A model generated the notes under the pieces. That model was not told the origin of the DNA, ran no database searches, and saw only the letters and a list, made by a program, of their open reading frames with translations. Shown one piece after another: positions 57,501-64,000 of a stretch of 64,000 bases of DNA. The stretch is from Thermomicrobiales bacterium (lineage in GTDB: Bacteria > Chloroflexota > Chloroflexia > Thermomicrobiales > CFX8), in the NCBI GenBank assembly GCA_041390865.1, contig JAWKPC010000002.1, positions 388,584-452,583 on the forward strand, given 5' to 3'. How positions within the stretch are numbered: position 1 is the first letter of the stretch; each line of letters begins with the position of its first letter. The position numbers and the translations under genes are program-made.

Positions 57501-59346
57501 CATCCCGCGGACGGCGTCGTGAGCCGGATCTATCAGGCCGACCTCGACGATGACGGCCGATACGACTATCAGATCACGGTGCTGGAGCAGCCCGACGGCA
57601 CGGTCTACGTCGACTACTACAACATGGATACCGGACAGGCCGACGCCCGCGTAACCGTCGATCAGAATGCCGAGGGTTACTACGACACCTACAACGTGAC
57701 GCCCTACTACGAGGGCGCTCAAGGGGTTCCTCCTTACGAGGAACAGGCAGGCCAGCCGGACTACGACGTCGAATATGACGCGCAATACGTTTACAGCTTG
57801 CTCCCGGACGGCCTGCCGCCGTCCTTCGAAGGCGGCTACGGGAACCCGGAGTACATCCTCGAGTACAACTACCACCATTCGGAAACGTATGGCGACGTCA
57901 CCGTTCACCTGTTCGATCACGCCGGCGGTTACTCCGTCGTCGTGCGGGAGAACCCGGACGGTACCCAGACGTTGTACTGGCACGATGAGCCGGCCGGCTC
58001 GCTCTCCCCGCCGTACACCGATGGCGCAGAGGCGCGGGCGATGATCTATGCCGACGGCCAGTACTACACGGAGTACTGGGACGACGGCCAATGGGTCGAC
58101 GACCCGCCGGACTACGATCAGCCGGAGGAGTATGACTTCGAGGCCGACGGCTACCTGCCGGACGGCACGCCCGAGTACTTCGTCGACGAGCGCTGGCCGG
58201 AACCCCGAGATCGACGATCGTTTCCAGATGACGAATCACTCGGAGACGCAGGACGGCGGCTATGCCCGGATCTACAACGCAGACCTGGATGGGAACGGCG
58301 TCTGGGACTATCAGATCACCGTGATCGAGAATCCCGACGGTCAGGTCGAGGTCGAGTACGCCGGCGCCAATGGTCTGGAAGCCCGATTTTACGTGACCCA
58401 GGACGCCGGCGGTTACTACGACGCCTACGACCACGACTACTATGTCGACAACCCCCAGGGCGCCGCCGAGTACACCGAAGCCCAGTCGAGTTATCTGGTC
58501 ACCGAGGAAACCGACGGTGCTGAGACCGAAGAGGAGACGCAGGAGGCCGAAGCTCCGGAAGTGGTAGAAGAACCGGCAGGCGACGCTCCGGAGGGGGCCG
58601 GTATGGTCGCCCCGGAGTACGTCTTCTACGGTCTGCCCGCCTACTTCAGCTACGACGGCATGGACTATCCCAGCCCGGCGCAGGGCGACTGGGAGTACCA
58701 GGGCGTCCAGTCCGTCGGCGGGATGAACATGCATCAGTTCTCATACGGGAACTACACGGTGATGGTTCAGGACGGCCAGGGCATCGACCGGACGGTCTAC
58801 GTCAATGACCACTCGACCGGAAGCAGCGTCGATGCGGGCTACATTCTGCGCGCGAACGGCGCGGTCGAGGTCCATCCGGACTGGGCCGTGGCGGAACAGG
58901 ACGCGCCTCCGGCCGAAGAACCCGAGGAGCCCGAAGCTGCCGGCGCGCCGGGAGAAGACGAAGTCGTCGAAACTGACGGGACGGCCCGGGCTGAAGTGGA
59001 AGCTGCGGACGAAGATCCGGAAGCGGACGGCGACGATCTGGAGTTCCTGACCGAAGAGGAGCCGCAGTCCGCTGAGACGGAAAGTCCTGACGGTGAGTCC
59101 GGGGAGGACGAGCCGCTGACCTTCAACGGTCCGGAAACGGGTGTTGAAGAAACGTTGCCAGTCGAGACGGCCGCCGAGAACGGGTCAACCGAAGAGACGA
59201 TCGAGCCGGTCGAGATCGCCCAGCCGGAGATCGTCGAACCTGAAGATGACCTCGAACCCGTCACGGCGGCGGCGGTGGAGGAAGACGACGCCTTCGCCGA
59301 TGACAGCTTCGACGACGACGATGATGATGACGGAACCGGCCTGTAG
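51534..59346 (+). CDS. Giant (~2,600 aa) membrane-anchored, cysteine-free, Tyr/Asp/Glu/Gly-rich tandem-repeat surface protein; the reading frame needs a +1 correction at ~58,200
   Basis: The track splits it into 51534-58523 and 58048-59346. Skipping nt 58200 joins ...EYFVDERWP to NPEIDDRFQ..., which parallels the in-frame paralogous segment ...EYFGDEMWVNPETDERF. Layout: basic N-terminus, Gly/Ala TM-like segment (about 51615-51700), Pro/Ser/Gly spacer (about 51880-52780), ten ~105-aa repeats, two copies of a larger module, and an acidic tail ending DDDDDDDGTGL. Confidence 0.8.
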
Positions 59347-59373
59347 GCCGTAGCCGGCGATCGTGATGATGAG

Positions 59374-59408
59374 CCAGTGCCCCGGTACGCCGGGGCACTG
59401 GTGTTTTT
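59374..59408 (+). terminator. Rho-independent terminator after the giant gene
   Basis: ccagtgccccgg / tacg / ccggggcactgg followed by tgtttttc. Confidence 0.8.
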
Positions 59409-59425
59409 CGATGCGAAGGGGCGAT

Positions 59426-59875
59426 CTACGAAGGGCGGCCGTGTGACTTCTGCGGCGTGCCGGGCGAGAGGGAGATGTGGGTGTGGATCGCCAGCCAGGG
59501 CGCGTCGCTACTCTCCCTGACGAACAGGACGGTGGCGCGGCCGGGCCGCTCATAGGATGAGCCGTCCTCGTGGAAACCGGTCGAGGTCCAGGGCGTGATA
59601 CCCCATGCCTGGAGGCCATCGGACGACACGCCGCAGATCAACCGGTCGGTCGCGAAGTGGAAATCGGCGATTGTGCCCCAGATCGATCGCCACTGTTGCT
59701 GTTCGAGGGCGTCGAGGCCGCGCACGTATTCCATGTATGTCCCGAAACCGACGACCTCGGGATGGAAGAGCGGGCGGGCTGCCTCGAAATCGACGGCGGC
59801 GACGTAACCGCTCCACTCATCGAACCAGTCCTTGATCTCGGCATGTTGTTCCGCCGTCGCGAGTGTGTCGAGCAT
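59426..59875 (-). CDS. NTF2-fold (SnoaL-like/DUF4440-like) protein
   Basis: 149 aa. IKDWFDEWSGYVAAVDFEAARPLFHPEVVGFGT...WLAIHTHISL is typical of the DUF4440/SnoaL-like family. Confidence 0.55.
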   Translation of the reverse strand: MLDTLATAEQHAEIKDWFDEWSGYVAAVDFEAARPLFHPEVVGFGTYMEYVRGLDALEQQQWRSIWGTIADFHFATDRLICGVSSDGLQAWGITPWTSTGFHEDGSSYERPGRATVLFVRESSDAPWLAIHTHISLSPGTPQKSHGRPS

Positions 59876-60011
59876 GCTTCGGTTCCTCTATTCTTGCTTC
59901 CGGACGAGTCCGCTGAAGGGTCGTCCAGTTCGCGATCCGCTCTAGCAGTCTGTAACACGTGATCTGGTCGACTACCCCGTGCGTCCCGGGCTACTCCACA
60001 GCGGCAAGCTT

Positions 60012-60110
60012 GTCATTTCGAGCGGAGCGAGAAATCTCAGTCACACACCAGTGAAGCGCTACCCGGAGATTTCTCACACCCGCTAACGCAGGTACCCGGT
60101 TCGAAATGAC
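60012..60110. repeat. ~100-bp nested inverted-repeat element
   Basis: Outer inverted repeat gtcatttcga (60012-60021) / tcgaaatgac (60101-60110). Inner inverted repeat gagaaatctc (60029-60038) / gagatttctc (60066-60075). Its core is shared with 13765-13798. Confidence 0.55.
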
Positions 60111-60165
60111 ACGCTTCTTACCGTCGAGTTCTGGTCGAGACGGGACATTTCCTTCAAATCACGCG

Positions 60166-60926
60166 TCACGGACCACTAGTCAGAAGTGCTGGCGGCTTTG
60201 TCTTCTTCCTTGACCGCTTCTCGCGGCGTCTCGCCTTCTTCGACTCGGGCGCGTGCCGTGGCAGAGCGACCTCGCGGGCTCGCTGGTTGAGCATGTACCC
60301 GATGCCGAGGACGATAGCGGTGACTGCCGCGATCACGATGATTTCCACCGGCAGGCTCATCGAGATGTAGTCGTGGACGATGTCGTCCTCGAGAACATGC
60401 GGGTTGCGGTGATGACGAGGATACCGGAGCCGATGTAGTTGAGAATCGGATAGCTGTCAATAGCCCGGGCGATCATGCTGCTGCCGAAGAGCAGGATCGG
60501 AACCGAGAGAGCCAGGCCGAAGATCAGCAGACCAAGATGGCCGTGGGCCGCACCGCCGACGGCCAGGATGTTGTCGAGGCTCATGACGACGTCGGCGAGG
60601 ATGATCGTCTGGAGCGCTTCCCGCAGTGATCCGGCGGCGGCAACCTCGTGGGGACCCTCGACCGGCTTCAGGAGTTTGAATGCGATGTAGAGCAGCAGGA
60701 ACGCACCGGCTGCCGGAGCAGCGGCACATCGAGCAGGAGCGCCGCCAGGACGGTGAAGAACATACGAAGTCCGACGGCACCGGCGCCGCCCCATATGATG
60801 GCTTTGCGGCGTTGATTTGCCGGAAGCCTGCTCGCAGCCATGCCTGATCACGACAGCGGTGTCTCCCGACAACACCAGGTCGATGATGACGATGCTGACC
60901 AACTCGCCAATAAAGCCTAAATCCAA
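60166..60926 (-). pseudogene. TerC/YjbE-family integral membrane protein gene carrying three frame disruptions
   Basis: Frame 1: MDLGFIGELVSIVIIDLVLSGDTAVVI. Frame 2, between about 60845 and 60711: GMAASRLPANQRRKAIIWGGAGAVGLRMFFTVLAALLLDVPLL. Back to frame 1: AGAFLLLYIAFKLL...ADVVMSLDNILAV.... After about 60392 a third frame: LEDDIVHDYISMSLPVEIIVIAAV.... Confidence 0.7.
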
Positions 60927-60996
60927 CAGGGGGTCTCCAGATTCGATACGAGAAAGTGTCGATGCTTACTGCTTTATTCAACACCATCGGAGGAAG

Positions 60997-61122
60997 GGGG
61001 AACAGGGAAGTGGGGAAGAGGGATTAGGGAAGAGATTGGTGCGTACCTGCACGAAGAAGGCAGAAGGGGTTGGTGGATTCCTCTACTAATCCCTAATCCC
61101 TCTTCCCTCTTCCCTAATCCCT
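60997..61122. repeat. Inverted pair of the purine-rich dispersed motif GGGAAGAGGGATTAGGGA
   Basis: ggggaacagggaagtggggaagagggattagggaagag (60997-61034) faces ctctactaatccctaatccctcttccctcttccctaatccctac (61079-61122). Related copies lie at 35591-35608 and 38778-38815. Confidence 0.6.
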
Positions 61123-61124
61123 AC

Positions 61125-63109
61125 TCACCGGAGGTGAGACTCGAAATGGCGGACAGTGCGGCGGATCGTGTCTCTCCATGTTGCGGCGCGGGTGAAGATG
61201 TGGGTTCGTCGGGATAGACGACGAGGTCGAAATCCTTGTCGGCGTCGGTCAGGGCGCGCACCATCGGCGACAATGATCGATCGGGACGTTGGCGTCGTCA
61301 TCGCCGTAGAGCGCGAGATAGGGCGCCTGGAGTTTGTCGATGTATTCGAGCGGGTTGCGTCCCGGTAGAGATCCGGGTGCTCGTCGGGAGCCTGAAGCGG
61401 GAGCGGCTCCAGGTGCCGGGCGCGCGGTCCGACAGGTAGTGGTAGTAGTCGACCCAGTTGAAGACGCCGACGAGATTGACCCCGGCGCTGTAGAGGGCTG
61501 GTTCCTTGACCATGCAGAGAGTCGTCATAAAGCCGCCGTAGGAGCGGCCCCAGACGCCGATCCGGTTGGCGTTGACCTGCGATTGTTTTCCCAGCCAGCG
61601 GGTGGCTTCGAGGACATCCCAAAGATCGCCGCCGCCCACGTCGAGATATGAGGCGGTTTCGTAGTCGCGGCCGTAGTTCCACGATCCGCGATAATCGACG
61701 ATCAGGACGACATATCCCATCTGGGCCAGCATCAGGTTGGCGGCGTACGTTGTGCCCGCCCCGCTGTAACCCTGCCAGGCCGGGACGGCGTACTGTCCCT
61801 GGCCGCCGCCATGAATGTAGATGACGCCGGGAGCGGAGTGATCGTTCGGTAGATCCTTCCGGCGCATCATCAGAACAGGAACCTGCCACTCCTCACCGTC
61901 GCTCGGGATCGTCGTGATGCTGACGTTGACATTCTGGACCTGGGCCTGGAGAGCGTGGTGATCGCTGGAGATGACCTGTGGCTGGCTCGTTTCGGTTCGG
62001 ATCGTCGCGAGGTAGTCCGGGCGATCGTGGTTGGAGATCGTGGTGACAATGCGGTCGCTTGTCGGGGACCAGGCGTAACTCGAGATCGATCCGGGCTGGC
62101 GAATGGGATCGTGGCGTTCCTCCCGGTGGAGTGCATTCACGAGATGCAGACGCTTCTGGCGGCCTTGATTGGACAGATAGCTGATCCAATCCTTATCCGG
62201 CGACCAGCGAGGCTGTTCGGCTTCAGCGTCGGGCTCCGAGACCTGTAGTGGATCGTTCGATCCGTCGGCATGGCCGACCAGGACCTGGCCGAAATTGTCG
62301 ATTGGGGCAACGAAGGCAATGTAGTTGCCCTGCGGCGAGAAGGCGGCGTCGAACTGGAAGCGGGAGACCCAGTGCTTGTTCTCGTCGCGCCAGATGCGGA
62401 CCGGATTCTCGCCGGTCGGCTTGCAGGCCCACAGTTCACGCCATTTCACTCGCCAGCCGTAGCGGGTGAACGCGAGACGCTTGCCATCCGACGACCAGAC
62501 GGCGGCGGTGACGATGTCATCGCCGGGCATGATCCAGTGGAGGGTGTCGTCAACCCGGCTGAAGACCGCCAGGTTCAGGCTGTGCTCCTGCGGGCAGGCG
62601 ATGGCGATATGGAGGCCGTCGGGCGACGGAAAGAAGACGTCGGTGATGCGATGGACGAGCCGGGTCATCAACCATTCGCCCTCGGTCATCCGGACCGGTT
62701 CCGCAGCCGGTGTGTGGTCGTGCCACGACCAGAGCCAGGCGTCGCCATCCAGGACGTAGACGACGGCGTCGGCGGAGGGCAGGACGGTGATCCGGCTGGC
62801 GCCCTCGGGGAGCGTCAGGATCGTCTCCTCGTCGCCTCCGTTCGCCGTTACCCGGCAGACGTCCCGGCCGCGCGGGAAGACGATGTGGACGTTGTTGCCG
62901 TCCCAGACGGGCGGTCCCGCCGGCTGCGCTCCGCTGGTCAGTTGCCTCGGTTCGGCGTTGAGTTCGGAGAGCCAGATCTCGCCGTGTTCGAAGCCTGCCA
63001 GACGGTAAGCGATCTGGCTGCCGTCTGGCGACCAGGCCGGTTCCTCGGGGGTCTTGAGCGCGATGATCTGATCGATCGTAAGGGGTGCTGGCGATTGCTG
63101 GCTGGACAC
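61125..63109 (-). pseudogene. S9-family serine peptidase (beta-propeller + alpha/beta hydrolase) with four frame disruptions in the last ~300 nt
   Basis: N-terminal propeller-like region, then IYIHGGGQG and the nucleophile motif GRSYGG. After ...TWSRSRF the conserved sequence hops frames: APDEHPDLYRDA / NPLEYIDKLQAPYLALYGDDDANVPIDH / MVRALTDADKDFDLVVYPDEP / HIFTRAATWRDTIRRTVRHFESHLR. Shift sites lie near 61394, 61358, 61275 and 61203. Confidence 0.7.
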
Positions 63110-63256
63110 GATGGTGCTCCCGCTTCGCTCCTACGTGTGATGGATAGCTGCAATCTTACTGTAGTTCGACAGGAAGCTACCGGCGTCGAGAGCGGTGGTC
63201 GCGGATATCCTGCGAGAGGTGGCGGGATTGTTGGAACCTGCTGAACTCTCGCTGAT

Positions 63257-63270
63257 TTAGGTGCATCTAA
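63257..63270. promoter_or_regulatory. DtxR/MntR-type operator candidate upstream of mntH
   Basis: TTAGGTGCATCTAA has 6 of 7 symmetric pairs and resembles the TTAGGTTAGCCTAA-type DtxR/MntR box. It lies about 100 nt upstream of the mntH ATG. Confidence 0.5.
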
Positions 63271-63367
63271 AACCGGTATTAGCCCAACTCCATAGAAGGT
63301 GGTATGACTACAGGGTGGTAGAGCGGGGCCGATTTCGACCCGTAGATGCTAGATGGCTTTCAATCAT

Positions 63368-64000
63368 ATGAACGATACAGAGAACGAACGTACCGGCCCT
63401 CGTCGCTACGCCGGCGAGGAGATCGGAGGACACGCTGACAAGGGAACGGTAGCCGCCGCGGACGCGGTGCTCCATGGGACGGGCAGGCACAGGCGCATTA
63501 CGCGCCTGTTTCCGTTTCTCGGGCCGGCATTCATTGCTGCGGTTGCCTATGTCGATCCCGGAAACTTCGCCACAAATATCGAGGGCGGTGCGGAGTACGG
63601 TTACATGCTGGTCTGGGTTATCGTCGCGTCGAATCTGATGGCGATGTTGATCCAGGGATTATCGGCCAAGCTCGGCATCGCGACCGGTCAGAATCTGGCC
63701 GAAATTATCGGTCAGGAATATTCAAAACCGGTTGTCTGGGTGCTCTGGGTGCTAGCCGAGGTCATCGCGATGGCGACCGATCTGGCCGAGTTTCTCGGCG
63801 CGGCGCTCGGCCTGAACCTGCTGTTCGGCATGCCGTTGCTGCTGGCCGGAGCGATCACCGGGGTTGCAACCTTCGCGATTCTCGCGCTCCAGCAGTACGG
63901 ATTCCGGCCGCTGGAGGCAGTGATCACGATCCTGATCGGGATCATCGCCGGCTGCTACGTCATCGAGACCCTGCTCGGGCATCCCGATTTCGGTGCGACG
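63368..64000 (+). CDS. mntH: Nramp-family divalent metal (Mn2+/Fe2+) transporter, 3'-truncated by the window end
   Basis: MNDTENER...[34 protein letters not shown] carries the DPGN signature, followed by TM segments. The ORF runs off the window and is not in the supplied track. Confidence 0.9.
   Translation, partial: MNDTENERTGPRRYAGEEIGGHADKGTVAAADAVLHGTGRHRRITRLFPFLGPAFIAAVAYVDPGNFATNIEGGAEYGYMLVWVIVASNLMAMLIQGLSAKLGIATGQNLAEIIGQEYSKPVVWVLWVLAEVIAMATDLAEFLGAALGLNLLFGMPLLLAGAITGVATFAILALQQYGFRPLEAVITILIGIIAGCYVIETLLGHPDFGAT

Noticed and set aside
58191-58210. Programmed +1 ribosomal frameshifting in the giant gene.
   Set aside because: There is no recognisable shifty or hungry-codon context (such as the prfB-type CUU UGA C with an upstream SD) and no stimulatory structure. 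A simple 1-nt insertion or base-call error explains it more economically.
60927-61125. Possible yybP-ykoY (Mn2+) riboswitch in the leader of the TerC-family gene.
   Set aside because: TerC genes often carry this riboswitch, but I could not find the conserved GGGGAGUAG 5' element. I found only weak cgacac/ggagacc similarity to the 3' half, and the region is instead occupied by the purine-rich inverted repeat. cmsearch with RF00080 would be decisive.

Overview
GC-rich bacterial chromosomal window. The gene content and short dispersed repeat families suggest a Chloroflexota/Thermomicrobia-type genome, but that is inference only. I support about 45 protein-coding genes, one TPP riboswitch, several intrinsic terminators and candidate operators, at least five families of short inverted or dispersed repeats, and several frameshifted genes. 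No rRNA, tRNA, CRISPR array, integrase or transposase was recognised.

Ordinary content:
- EAL and HD-GYP c-di-GMP phosphodiesterases.
- A tryptophan-2,3-dioxygenase-family protein, a SWIM zinc-finger protein and a BNR/Asp-box propeller.
- A MalT/LuxR STAND regulator followed by a small conserved protein, DUF4389 and an MMPL transporter.
- katG, an MBL-fold alkyl sulfatase, and a MarR regulator divergent from a YyaL-type thioredoxin-domain protein.
- An AlkD-like protein, an NrtR-like Nudix regulator, an S41 lipoprotein peptidase and an ABC-2 exporter.
- A TPP-riboswitch-controlled thiXYZ-like importer.
- A catabolic patch: two FAD oxidoreductases, a PfkB kinase, Lrp, creatininase and a DHDPS-family enzyme.
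- A partial Nramp/mntH gene with a DtxR/MntR-like operator.

Most interesting (45.6-59.3 kb, all on the + strand):
- Two translationally coupled bacterial dynamin-like GTPases lie in one apparent operon with a Sec-secreted parallel beta-helix protein. That protein ends in three Cys-pair repeats.
- Next comes a small membrane-anchored hyper-acidic protein.
- Next comes a cysteine-free, Tyr/Asp/Glu-rich protein of about 2,600 aa. It has a Gly/Ala-rich anchor, a Pro/Ser spacer, ten ~105-aa tandem repeats, a duplicated larger module and a poly-acidic tail. One +1 frame disruption interrupts it near 58,200.

Secondary leads:
- A TPR / 600-aa acidic disordered linker / TPR protein lies upstream of a Roadblock/LC7 gene on the same strand.
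- Several unlinked small proteins have acidic tails.
- A DUF559 cassette is bracketed by ~50-bp direct repeats.
- There are MITE-like elements.
- Seven frameshifts cluster within 1.3 kb and disrupt adjacent TerC and S9 peptidase genes.

All functional calls come from motif recognition by eye. No database search was run.
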